Part shown: positions 1-9,625 of the stretch, one piece after another
How positions within the stretch are numbered: the first letter of the stretch is position 1
How the letters are laid out: each line of letters starts with the position of its first letter
Origin: Nitrospirota bacterium
GTDB lineage: Bacteria; Nitrospirota; Nitrospiria; Nitrospirales; NS-4
Direction of reading: 5' to 3'
Length of the DNA: 64,000 nt
Assembly (NCBI GenBank): GCA_963788195.1
Contig: CAWBGA010000004.1
Location: forward strand, 85,099-149,098
Made by a program: the position numbers and the translations under genes
The notes under the pieces: model-generated
What the model saw: only the letters and a program-made list of their open reading frames with translations
Told to the model about the DNA's origin: nothing
The model's database searches: none

Positions 1-62
1 CCAGATTCGCAACCCCATCGGGCCCTGTGGGCGCTGGGCGGATGATCTATGCGAAGTACTGA
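1..62 (+). CDS. 3' end of an upstream gene (partial, ...RFATPSGPVGAGRMIYAKY*)
   Basis: Open frame from position 3 to TGA 60-62, on the same strand as the operon; product unknown. Confidence 0.3.
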   Translation, partial: RFATPSGPVGAGRMIYAKY

Positions 63-304
63 CCGATCGTCCGATTCTGCGAGGTCTTGGAATCCCCCTC
101 TATGCCGCCCTTGTATGGATGGACCGCTTCGGAAGCCGGACTCGACAGTCCTCCTCGAATGCCGGGCTTCTGGCAATCGCACAGAAACTCGACAGAGTCC
201 CACCGCAGCGTGACTAAGACACCGCAAGACCCTTTTCTCCGAAGCAAAGGGAATTTTGGTCTAGATAGTCGGCTCGTGCGCACGAGTACTTTGCAACGTT
301 GAAT

Positions 305-1036
305 ATGTTAGCGCTTCTCAGAGGGTCGGGGTTCAAATTCAAAAGAGCGTTGAGTCAACGTGGCTTTTGGGGAACTCTCAGACGGGGCACAGCCTATCTT
401 GTTTGGGAGTACACCGTTGAACGTCGCCGTCGCAGATACCGGGAAGCAGAGATGGCGGAATTTGACCGTAGATTTGCCGTGAACACCTCCGGCAAGGTTG
501 ATCTGCAGGATCTGAACATTAACAGCCCGAATCTGAGTTATGGTGTGTCCTATGAGTCTACGCCCCCGGAGATATTCAAGCGCATGGTCGACAGTCTTCC
601 GATAAAACACGAGGAGTTTAGCTTTGTGGATGTTGGTTCCGGCAAGGGAAAGGTGCTTTTAATGGCATCGGAACTTCCGTTCAAGAAGATTATTGGCATT
701 GAATTCTCGTCTGAGCTACATCGAATCGCCCAACAGAACGTGTCCGCTTATCAAAGTCCAAATCAAAGGTGTAAGACTTTTGAATGTATATGTGTCGATG
801 CGTCAGAGTGCCCAATCCCATCAGACCCACTTGTTTTCTTTTTTTACCATCCCTTTGATGACAAGGTTATGAGGAGAGTATTAACAAACATTGAAAGTTC
901 TTTAAAAGATCATCCGAGAAGGATGTTTATTCTTTATTACAACCCCGTGTGTGATTATCTGCTTGATAGCACGACACTCTGGAAGAAGATCAAAGCTACG
1001 GTCAACTACGCCATCTATATGACGGGAGATGCATGA
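305..1036 (+). CDS. Class I SAM-dependent methyltransferase
   Basis: Motif I FVDVGSGKGK, IGIEFS, FFYHPF; ATG 305 preferred over TTG 299. Confidence 0.85.
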   Translation: MLALLRGSGFKFKRALSQRGFWGTLRRGTAYLVWEYTVERRRRRYREAEMAEFDRRFAVNTSGKVDLQDLNINSPNLSYGVSYESTPPEIFKRMVDSLPIKHEEFSFVDVGSGKGKVLLMASELPFKKIIGIEFSSELHRIAQQNVSAYQSPNQRCKTFECICVDASECPIPSDPLVFFFYHPFDDKVMRRVLTNIESSLKDHPRRMFILYYNPVCDYLLDSTTLWKKIKATVNYAIYMTGDA

Positions 1037-2378
1037 AGATGAAACGAGGCGAATCATGAGTTGGAGAGCTACGACCGTACGCCTTACCTGTCGGGTATCC
1101 GGGCATTCGCGCTATCGCTTCGACCAACACTTGCAAGCGAATGAAGGGCTCACGCCGGAGGCGATCGAACAGATACAGCTGGATAAGCTCAAGGCGCTCG
1201 TGGGCCACGCCTATGCGACGGTGCCTTACTATCGGGAGCTGTTTGACCAACAAAAAATCAGGCCTGAGGACATTCGGAGCCTGAAGGATTACTCCGCCCT
1301 TCCTATATTGACGAAGGCCATGGTTCGCAGCCATGGCATTGACCCATTCCGCTCGACAAGCTTTCTGCCTTCCCAATTAGTAGAGGTGGCAACCAGTGGC
1401 TCGACAGGGGAGCCGTTTCGCTTTCTGAGACAACGTGAATACGAGGAGTGGCGCATGGCGGGTTGGTGGCGTGCCTGGCGCTGGGGTGGCTGGACTGCAG
1501 GCGATAAGATAGCCTGGTTTTGGCGGGAGTATTGGCCTCAGAATAAGATAAAGCAATTGGAGAAGCGGCTAAACTGGTGGCTAACGGGGAGACACTGGTT
1601 CAATGTTTTAGACATGTCTGAAACCACCATGGATCGGTGGATTGACGAATTTCGACGGTTTAAACCAAGCTTTGTTCACGCATATCCCTCCGCAATTATG
1701 CGTTTTTCAAGTCACCTGGATGCCAGGGGGATTATTCTGGACGGAGTAAAGGCCGTATTTACGAGCGGTGAAATGCTGCTGCCAAATCAGAGAAACCTCA
1801 TTCAACGGACTTTCCAGGCGGAGGTCCACAACATGTATGGGAGCAGTGAAGTCTACCCCATTGCCGCGGAATGCCGGCAGGGGGCGTTCCACCTCAGCAC
1901 CGATCTGATTGTGCCGGAGCTTGAAGAGGACCCGCAAGGAAGTGGTCTTAAACGGATCATTGCGACACCCCTTCTGGCCTATGGTATGCCGTTCTTGCGG
2001 TACGAAGTCGGTGATTTGGCGTCGGCGATTACTCGCGATTGTTCCTGCGGTCTTCCTTTCCCTGTACTGAAAGGCCTGATTGGGCGTGCGGCCGATCTCT
2101 TCCCCTTACCGAACGGCCGTATGGTTCATGGACAGGTCCTTATTGCCTATCTCAACGCAGTACGCGGTGTGGAGAGGTTTCAGTTTAGGCAGAGGCAATT
2201 GGGTTTATTGAATCTCAACATCATCAAGGGCGCTGGATTTAGCTCGCAAGCAATTGAGACCGTCCAAAAGCAAATACAACAGGATCTCAACGTACGCGTT
2301 GAGATTGGCTATGTCACGGACATTCCACTCACAAGTCAGGGCAAATTTCGGTATGCGGTGTCTGAGCTGGACAATTGA
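1029..2378 (+). CDS. Phenylacetate-CoA ligase/CapK-like adenylate-forming enzyme
   Basis: TSGSTGEP loop, YGSSE, PFLRYEVGD, GRAAD, C-terminal GKFR. Confidence 0.85.
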   Translation: MHEDETRRIMSWRATTVRLTCRVSGHSRYRFDQHLQANEGLTPEAIEQIQLDKLKALVGHAYATVPYYRELFDQQKIRPEDIRSLKDYSALPILTKAMVRSHGIDPFRSTSFLPSQLVEVATSGSTGEPFRFLRQREYEEWRMAGWWRAWRWGGWTAGDKIAWFWREYWPQNKIKQLEKRLNWWLTGRHWFNVLDMSETTMDRWIDEFRRFKPSFVHAYPSAIMRFSSHLDARGIILDGVKAVFTSGEMLLPNQRNLIQRTFQAEVHNMYGSSEVYPIAAECRQGAFHLSTDLIVPELEEDPQGSGLKRIIATPLLAYGMPFLRYEVGDLASAITRDCSCGLPFPVLKGLIGRAADLFPLPNGRMVHGQVLIAYLNAVRGVERFQFRQRQLGLLNLNIIKGAGFSSQAIETVQKQIQQDLNVRVEIGYVTDIPLTSQGKFRYAVSELDN

Positions 2379-2379
2379 A

Positions 2380-3420
2380 GTGAATTACACTCGGCAGGCA
2401 AGACATACGCTCAAGTGGTTGCTGTGTGAGGTGCTGAACCTATTGGGCGTCATTGCTCTTCTAGAGGCAACACGAAAAGACGGCATACGAATTCTTGTGT
2501 ATCACCGGGTGGGCTCTCATCGTGTTGACGATGGAATGACGGTCTCGCAGATAGTGTTTGATGCTCAGCTCCGGTACCTCGGAAAGCATTACACAGTAGT
2601 CCCGTTGGATGAGGTCGCTGCCATACTCAAAGAAGAACGTCCGATCCGAAGCGGACTCATCGCCCTCACGCTAGATGACGGTTACCGTGACAATTACACG
2701 CGGGCTTGGCCGATTCTTGCCCGATACAGTATGCCGGCCACTATTTTTGTCACGGTGGGCCCGCTGGACGGAGAAGGCTCCCTTTGGACAGAAGAGATTC
2801 AGGAGGCTCTGTGGGCATCATCGGGTCAGGCCTTGGACCTTCACTCTATGGGCTGGGGGTCATGGCCCTTGAAAACCGATGCGGAGAGACTGACCTGCCT
2901 TCACGCAGTCAAGCAGCGGCTCAAAGTCTTGCCGGATGCCGAGCGACAAAGAACGCTGCGGGAAATTATTCAAAGGTTGGGTTCCCGGGGGCAGACAGCT
3001 GTTCAGGAGCGGATGCTGACGTGGGATATGATGCGGGAGATGTCGAAAAGGGGCATTACCATTGGGGCGCACACCGTGTCTCATAAAATTTTGACGCAGA
3101 TCGCGCCTCAAGAGGTTGACTGGGAGATCAGAGAGTCTAAGCATCGGATTGAACAGCAATTGGGAGAACCGGTCCGGCACTTCGCATATCCCAATGGGAC
3201 TTCCTCTGACTGGAATGCCGACATTCAGAAAATGGTGAAACAGACGGGGTTTGAGACAGCGTGCACCACTGTCCGCGGGACCAATTCAGCCGGGCATGAT
3301 CTTTATGCCTTGCGCCGCCTCGACATTACCGATGCGGGCTGTACAGACGCCCGAGGTCGGTTCTCTCCGGCCATGTTCGCCGCGCAATTGGCAGGCCTTT
3401 TTGGTCGTTGGGAGAAGTAG
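2380..3420 (+). CDS. Polysaccharide deacetylase (CE4/NodB)
   Basis: ILVYHRV, LTLDDGYRD, GAHTVSH, FAYPNG; in-frame GTG 2380 just after the upstream stop. Confidence 0.85.
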   Translation: MNYTRQARHTLKWLLCEVLNLLGVIALLEATRKDGIRILVYHRVGSHRVDDGMTVSQIVFDAQLRYLGKHYTVVPLDEVAAILKEERPIRSGLIALTLDDGYRDNYTRAWPILARYSMPATIFVTVGPLDGEGSLWTEEIQEALWASSGQALDLHSMGWGSWPLKTDAERLTCLHAVKQRLKVLPDAERQRTLREIIQRLGSRGQTAVQERMLTWDMMREMSKRGITIGAHTVSHKILTQIAPQEVDWEIRESKHRIEQQLGEPVRHFAYPNGTSSDWNADIQKMVKQTGFETACTTVRGTNSAGHDLYALRRLDITDAGCTDARGRFSPAMFAAQLAGLFGRWEK

Positions 3421-3423
3421 GCG

Positions 3424-5760
3424 TTGTCACTCTTTGTGGACATAGTCAAGAGCATGGACCAGGTAGAACGCTTACGGGGGCAATGGGACAGTCTGCTCGA
3501 GCGCGTACCCCAGGCTCCGATCTTCCTGACGCCTGAATGGATGCTCGGCTGGTGGGAGATCTATGGCGCAGGCGCGGCGTTGTTTCTCATAGCGGTGCAT
3601 CACGAAGATCGTCTCATCGGACTGCTTCCGTGCTATATCAGCGGCCCGGCACTTCGGAAGTCCGATCCGTTCCCCCATCAATTGCGCCTCCTGGGTTCCA
3701 CGGCTGTCTGTTCTGACCATCTTGATGGCCTAGCGGAGCCGGGCATGGAGGGGCCGGTCACGGCTGCATGGCAACAAGCAATCAAGGAACATCAGAGTGC
3801 CTGGGAGTCCGTGGAGTTCGCGGATCTGGATCAGGAAGGCTTGCTGTATCAAGCCATCAAGCGAGAGCCGAAGGCCTGGGGACAGGGCCTTTCCTGGTCG
3901 GAGCGGTCGGGAGATATCTGTCCGTATATCACGCTTCCTGGCTCATGGACGGAATATCTTTCAAGCCTGAGCCCGAAGACACGGCGGGAGATTCGTCATG
4001 ATCGCCGGGCCCTGGACAAAGTAGGCAGCGTGACTGTCCGTGCAGTGACGGAACCCGACGAAGTCGAAGCGGCGATGGCTGTCTTCATAGGCCTGCATCA
4101 GTTGAGACGTGAACACCTAGGGGATCAAGGCAGCTTTGCCGACGCAGCCTACGAACGCTTTCATCTCATCGTGAGCCGTGGGATGGCCGAGCGAGGCAGG
4201 TTGCGTCTGTGGTTCCTGAATGTGGACGGGAATCCCGCCGCCGCGCGCTATCAGTTTGCCTATCGCGGTCGAGTCCATGATTACCTTCCGGGCCATGACC
4301 CCAAATGGCACAAGTTCAGCGTTGGACTTGTTCTGCTGAGTCATTGTGTTGAATACGCAATTCTGAATAAGGACCAGCAAATAGATCTTTTGCGAGGCGC
4401 TGAGGGATATAAATTGCGATGGGCCGCATATTCCCGCCAGCAAGTCACTCTGACCGCCACGCGACCGATGACCCGGGCCCGCATGGCCGTCAAATCAGCG
4501 CAGGCCTCGCGTCATGTTCGGAGCGTTGCCAAGCAGATTCTCCCGGCCCCCCTCACGCAGAAGATCAGAAAGCTCATGCATACAGCCTCTGGAGTCAAGG
4601 GACGTTCAATGGAAAGAAAATACGTTCCATTCTTTCCGTCGACATCTTTTAGGCACCTGTGGGGGTCGACGTGGACAAAGCGCAAGCCATTTCCATTGGA
4701 GGAAGCCCGCACCGCTTACTATTATTTTGCTCGGAACGGGATTTGGCACGCCATTGATTTGCTGGACCTTACCCCAGACGATGAAGTGTTGATGCCGGCT
4801 TATAACAATGGGATGGACGTGGCACCTTTTCAACTCAGACGGATCCCGCTTCGCTTTGTGCATGTCGATCGACAAATGATGCTGGATATAAAGGACCTGA
4901 AAGCAAAGATCACTTCACGGACTCGAATGATTTATGTCATTCACTACCTAGGCTTCGCCCAGCCTATGGACGAAATCAAGGAACTGTGTCGAAAACATGA
5001 TCTGCTTCTATTTGAGGATTGCGCGTTGGCCTTCGGGAGCTCGTATAACGGGCAGCCGCTGGGTTCCTTTGGGGATGCGGCGATCTTTTGCTTGGCTAAG
5101 TTCCTGCCGGTACCCAATGGCGGCGCATTGATCCTAAACAATCCCACCTTGAGAATGCCTCCTCCGACGATACCACCCTCCAGCTACTCTGTGACGAGCC
5201 AATTGTCGACAAAGATGTTGGATCACTTTGAGGCGCACGGTGGGCCATGGGCCGGGAACGCGCGGCATCTTATTACCCGCACGGCGCAACGATTCGTACG
5301 TCAGGCGAAGCTCGAGCGTGTGGATTCCGGAGTGATGCAGTTCTTGCCGGATAAAGTGGATTGGGGAATCGCTTCCGTCTCCAAGAGAATTTTGGAGCGT
5401 GTGGACTATGATGGCGTGTATCACAAACGACGGGAGAATTACCTTACTCTGTTGGACAGCGTGAGAGGAATCCCTGGGGTCACGCCGCTCCAACCATCCT
5501 TGCCGGATGGCGTTTCTCCGCTATTTCTACCCGTCTTGGTAGAGGATAACCAAAAAGTCTGCAACGCTCTTATCCAACGGGGGGTCTGCGCTGGTGGGTT
5601 TTGGAATTGGGCACCGCCGGGCGTACCGACCGAGGAGTTTCCTGACACTGTTTTTCTGCGTAAGCATGTGTTGGAGTTGCAAGTGCACCAGGACCTGGGA
5701 GTTGAACATCTTCAGGCCACGGCCAATCACCTCCGTGCAGTCATGGCGGACGTTGTATGA
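3424..5760 (+). CDS. Fusion of a CelD/BcsL-type GNAT domain and a DegT/DnrJ/EryC1-type PLP-dependent domain
   Basis: N-half has IFLTPEW and DLLRGAEGYKLRW; C-half (from ATG 4609) has IHYLG, FEDCA and GSFGDAAIFCLAKFLPVPNGG with the PLP lysine. Confidence 0.75.
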   Translation: MSLFVDIVKSMDQVERLRGQWDSLLERVPQAPIFLTPEWMLGWWEIYGAGAALFLIAVHHEDRLIGLLPCYISGPALRKSDPFPHQLRLLGSTAVCSDHLDGLAEPGMEGPVTAAWQQAIKEHQSAWESVEFADLDQEGLLYQAIKREPKAWGQGLSWSERSGDICPYITLPGSWTEYLSSLSPKTRREIRHDRRALDKVGSVTVRAVTEPDEVEAAMAVFIGLHQLRREHLGDQGSFADAAYERFHLIVSRGMAERGRLRLWFLNVDGNPAAARYQFAYRGRVHDYLPGHDPKWHKFSVGLVLLSHCVEYAILNKDQQIDLLRGAEGYKLRWAAYSRQQVTLTATRPMTRARMAVKSAQASRHVRSVAKQILPAPLTQKIRKLMHTASGVKGRSMERKYVPFFPSTSFRHLWGSTWTKRKPFPLEEARTAYYYFARNGIWHAIDLLDLTPDDEVLMPAYNNGMDVAPFQLRRIPLRFVHVDRQMMLDIKDLKAKITSRTRMIYVIHYLGFAQPMDEIKELCRKHDLLLFEDCALAFGSSYNGQPLGSFGDAAIFCLAKFLPVPNGGALILNNPTLRMPPPTIPPSSYSVTSQLSTKMLDHFEAHGGPWAGNARHLITRTAQRFVRQAKLERVDSGVMQFLPDKVDWGIASVSKRILERVDYDGVYHKRRENYLTLLDSVRGIPGVTPLQPSLPDGVSPLFLPVLVEDNQKVCNALIQRGVCAGGFWNWAPPGVPTEEFPDTVFLRKHVLELQVHQDLGVEHLQATANHLRAVMADVV

Positions 5761-6872
5761 GCTTCCGGCTGGTATCGAATCCTACCAGGCAGTCGTGGAA
5801 TGCCTTTGTCGTGTCACAGGCCGGGGCGGGTATCTGCCAGTCCTACGAATGGGGACAAATCAAACGGGCTCAAGGATGGGAGCCCCATTACATTGCAGTT
5901 GCCGATGACACCTCCTGGGTCGGGGCGACTCTCGTATTGTCCAAAAATCTTCCCGGTGGCGCCGGGGCATTATTGTATTCCCCCAACGGTCCCCTATCAA
6001 ATGCCGATTGGAATCGCGTGTTGCCCGTAATGCTAGAAGGTGTCAGCAAAATCGCGCAGAAAATTAGAGCCGTATTTTGGAGGATTGAACCGAGACTTCC
6101 GGTGAGGGATGAAAAAACGGACTCTGTGTTGGCGCAAATCGGATTTGTCTCCGTTCCTCAAGAGTGGTCATATTGGAACAGGCCGAAGTACGACATGCAC
6201 TTGGAACTGCCGACAAAGGAAGATGAGCTGCTTAAAGGCTATGGAAAGAAGGATCGGTACAATATTCGTACGGCACTTAAGAAAGTGCGAATCTCCGCCA
6301 ACACCGACGACAAGTCCCTGGAATCTTTTTACCAGCTACTGACAGGGACTGCGAAAAAGAAGCGAATTCTCATCCAAGATCTGGCGTATTTCCGACGATG
6401 CCGAGATATTTTGGCCGAAGCTGGGATGATGCAAATTTTTGTCGCAGAATGTGGTGGACAGCCGGTGGCAGCCGGCATTTCGACACGGTTTGGCCAGACT
6501 GCGATGCTCTTTCATATGAGTAATAATTACTCGGTTCCAAATGCCGGTGCGGCCGTTCAGTGGGAAATGGTGCGTTGGGCGATTGCACAGGGATGTCGCC
6601 TGTATGATTTTGCCGGTAGCGCAACTAATTTCCCTCCAAAAGAGACCGACAAAGGTTACGGGGTGTACCAATTCAAGCGAAGTTTCGGAGCGGAGATTGT
6701 CGCATGGTACGGGTACGCCGACTATATCTACAGGCCGGTTCTCTATGGCGTCTTTCGGACGATAGAGAGGAGCCTGCCCTATGGAGAAAGGCTGTTTCTG
6801 GACTGGCCCAAGGGCCTTCTCTTCCGATTACGCCATCGCAAAAGCATCGCCAAGGACCACGACGCATCCTGA
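5757..6872 (+). CDS. FemAB/FemX-like aminoacyl transferase
   Basis: QSYEWGQIK, GP, RIEP, RYNIR, YDFAG, GVYQFKRSFGA. Confidence 0.8.
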   Translation: MSFRLVSNPTRQSWNAFVVSQAGAGICQSYEWGQIKRAQGWEPHYIAVADDTSWVGATLVLSKNLPGGAGALLYSPNGPLSNADWNRVLPVMLEGVSKIAQKIRAVFWRIEPRLPVRDEKTDSVLAQIGFVSVPQEWSYWNRPKYDMHLELPTKEDELLKGYGKKDRYNIRTALKKVRISANTDDKSLESFYQLLTGTAKKKRILIQDLAYFRRCRDILAEAGMMQIFVAECGGQPVAAGISTRFGQTAMLFHMSNNYSVPNAGAAVQWEMVRWAIAQGCRLYDFAGSATNFPPKETDKGYGVYQFKRSFGAEIVAWYGYADYIYRPVLYGVFRTIERSLPYGERLFLDWPKGLLFRLRHRKSIAKDHDAS

Positions 6873-6897
6873 GGGATGAGACGGACCATCATAAATA

Positions 6898-8082
6898 ATG
6901 GAGATTCTCTTCCTGACAGGCAACCTCCCTTATCCACCGACCGACGGGTGGAAAATCCGAGTCTTTTCCCTGATCCGTCATCTGTCGCGCCGTCATCGAG
7001 TATCACTGGTTTCATTCATGCGAACCACGGAGGATCCGAAGGCCGTTGAAGCCTTGCGAACCTACTGTGCCGATCTGTGGGTGATCCCCAGAGATCCGCG
7101 ATATTCACCGTGGAAGTTGTTTCTCGGCATGGTCGGCCAAACGGCATTTCCACTGCTTAACTATAGGGACCGACAGATGGAGGATCTCCTCAGGGAGGTC
7201 CTTCAAAAGCGCGCCTTTGACATCGTACAGGTCGAGAGCTTGGCTATGGCTCAATACTGCTCAGCAGCCTCATTTTCCACCGTCCTGGACTTGCACAATA
7301 TTGAATCGCTGTTGATCAAGCGCTACGCACTGCAAGAAACAAATCTGCTGAAGCGCGGTTATGCAGAAATCATGTGGAGAAAGGTCGCCGCGTATGAACG
7401 GGCGACCTGTAAGAGGTTCACTCACTGCCTGACCTGTTCGGAAGAGGATCAACGTTTGGTACAAGCGTTTGCAGGAGTTGAACGTGTCACCGTCATCCCC
7501 AACGGTGTGGATCTTCAAGCCTATACCCCTGACGGGACACCGCCGAAACCTTTTAACCGCCTGGTGTTCGTCGGTCGAATGGATTATCACGCCAATGTGG
7601 ACGGGGTCCGGTGGTTCTGTCGGGAAATCCTTCCCCACATACGCACGCAGAAACCGGATGTCGTGTTTCAGATCGTGGGCGGGTACCCGACGAACGATGT
7701 GAAGCGATTGGCTCGCCCTGGAGAGATAGAAGTGACTGGATTTGTCCAAGATGTGCGGCCCTACCTCAAAGAAGCGACAGCCGTGGTCGTCCCCCTGAGG
7801 ATTGGTGGCGGAACACGGTTCAAAATCCTCGAATCGCTCGCGATGGGTAAGGCCGTCATCAGCACGACTCTAGGAGCGGAGGGGATAGCTGCTATCGACG
7901 GGCGGGAAATTCTGTTGGCGGATCATCCAACGCAGTTTGCCGACAGAGTCATTGATGTCCTAGGGAACCCTGAATTGCAACAGTCTTTACACAATGCAGG
8001 CCGCGAATTGGTGGAGGCTCGCTATAGCTGGGCAAGCATTGGCAACTGTCTCGAACAAGTGTACGAAAGTTATTGTAGATGA
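6898..8082 (+). CDS. GT4 glycosyltransferase (PEP-CTERM-associated sugar transferase type)
   Basis: PYPPTDG, IPNGVD, FVGRMDYHAN, GGTRFKILESLAMG. Confidence 0.9.
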   Translation: MEILFLTGNLPYPPTDGWKIRVFSLIRHLSRRHRVSLVSFMRTTEDPKAVEALRTYCADLWVIPRDPRYSPWKLFLGMVGQTAFPLLNYRDRQMEDLLREVLQKRAFDIVQVESLAMAQYCSAASFSTVLDLHNIESLLIKRYALQETNLLKRGYAEIMWRKVAAYERATCKRFTHCLTCSEEDQRLVQAFAGVERVTVIPNGVDLQAYTPDGTPPKPFNRLVFVGRMDYHANVDGVRWFCREILPHIRTQKPDVVFQIVGGYPTNDVKRLARPGEIEVTGFVQDVRPYLKEATAVVVPLRIGGGTRFKILESLAMGKAVISTTLGAEGIAAIDGREILLADHPTQFADRVIDVLGNPELQQSLHNAGRELVEARYSWASIGNCLEQVYESYCR

Positions 8083-8470
8083 GTCACGTCGCTGTCCGCC
8101 TTAAGGCGCGGCCTTCAGGCAGCACGTGTCCGAGAAGGTCGGGCCACCGTGGTGGCATTCCTATGGTTGCCACATGATGTTCATGCATCTCCCCTGAAGC
8201 CATCTCCTATTTAATGAGGACACGGTCATAGCGATCCGTTCTCTTTATAGAGCCGACGGCGCGCAACATTGTGACGATGTGGAGGGCGGACTCAATCGAA
8301 TGACGATTCGCCGATTTGAGAATTTGGTACTGCATTCGGGGTTTCGCCTCCTCTGGCTCAGGTGCGTGCCCATAAGGGGCACGTCGCTGTTGGGAGGAAA
8401 CGATGGGGACGTGAATTCTTCATCTCCTTCGTGAAGGCACAATTGGTTAAGGTGTAAAGCCGCACTGAAG

Positions 8471-9625
8471 ATGTTTCTACAAGACGAAACCAAAACCGAA
8501 GCGGGAAACGTGAGGGTCTTGGCCTTAGTCGCCGCCGGGGAGGTGAGTGGCCCGACGCGTGGATTGTTCCAGTTGATCGAGTTGAGCAAAGACGCCGGCG
8601 TTCAGTTCGTTATCGGCATGTTTCTGGTACCCGGCTGGACTACCACTGCGTCCATCGAGCAAGGCAAACGGCGTGGTTTTCAGGTGGAAATGCTCTCTCA
8701 ACGTGGACGGTATGATCCGAGGCTCATATCTCAGGCTTGGAACCTGGTCAAGAAGTATGGCGTCGAGGTGCTGCAATCTCATGGTTACAAGCCGGCCTTG
8801 CTTGCGTGGTGCCTCAAATGCATTGCACGCATACCCTGGATCGCTTTCGCGCATGGATATACAAGCGAAAACCGTCGTATGGCTTTGTATAATCGGCTGG
8901 ATGTGTGGCTACTGCGACATGCCGATCGTGTAGTTGTAGTTTCAGAAGCGACCGGCCGCACCCTTGTGCAAGCCGGTGTTCCAGAAAAAATTATCCGCGT
9001 CATCCACAATGCGATAGATCCCTATAATCACGAAGTGTCGGAAGACGGGTCAGAACTTCGCCAAGTCTGTCACGCAGGCCCTGCCGATTTACTTATTGGT
9101 GTGATTGGCCGCATGAGCGCGGAGAAAGGCCAGGAAGTGTTTCTGCAGGCTTTCACGATGGTGTTGAAGGTTTTACCGAGGGCCAGAGCGGTGTTGGTCG
9201 GTGCGGGTCAGGACATGGCGGCCTTGGAGGAACTGGTTCGCACCAACGGATTAGAAGAGCAGGTCACTTTTACCGGCTATCAGAGGAACACCGCCGCCGT
9301 CTACGCCGCCTTGGACCTTGTAGTGATTCCCTCGTTCAGCGAGGGGTTGCCGAATGTCCTTCTTGAGGCCATGGTCCATCGAAAGCCTGTCGTGGCGACA
9401 AACGTGGGCGGCATCCCGGAAGTAATGCAAGATGGGCTCTCGAAATTCTTGGTTCCTCCGGGCGATCCACAAGCAATGGCGGACGCGATCCTCGAAGTCC
9501 TTCGCGACTCCACGCTACGAAAGGAATTAGGAGAAGCAGGGGAAAGACGTGCTCGTGAAGCCTTTTCGCCGTCGCGGCGTGCGGCACAGGTAGTCGAACT
9601 CTACAAAGAGGTTCGGAGACTCTGA
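8471..9625 (+). CDS. GT4 glycosyltransferase
   Basis: SHGYK, EKGQ, SEGLPNVLLEAM, VGGIPE. Confidence 0.9.
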   Translation: MFLQDETKTEAGNVRVLALVAAGEVSGPTRGLFQLIELSKDAGVQFVIGMFLVPGWTTTASIEQGKRRGFQVEMLSQRGRYDPRLISQAWNLVKKYGVEVLQSHGYKPALLAWCLKCIARIPWIAFAHGYTSENRRMALYNRLDVWLLRHADRVVVVSEATGRTLVQAGVPEKIIRVIHNAIDPYNHEVSEDGSELRQVCHAGPADLLIGVIGRMSAEKGQEVFLQAFTMVLKVLPRARAVLVGAGQDMAALEELVRTNGLEEQVTFTGYQRNTAAVYAALDLVVIPSFSEGLPNVLLEAMVHRKPVVATNVGGIPEVMQDGLSKFLVPPGDPQAMADAILEVLRDSTLRKELGEAGERRAREAFSPSRRAAQVVELYKEVRRL

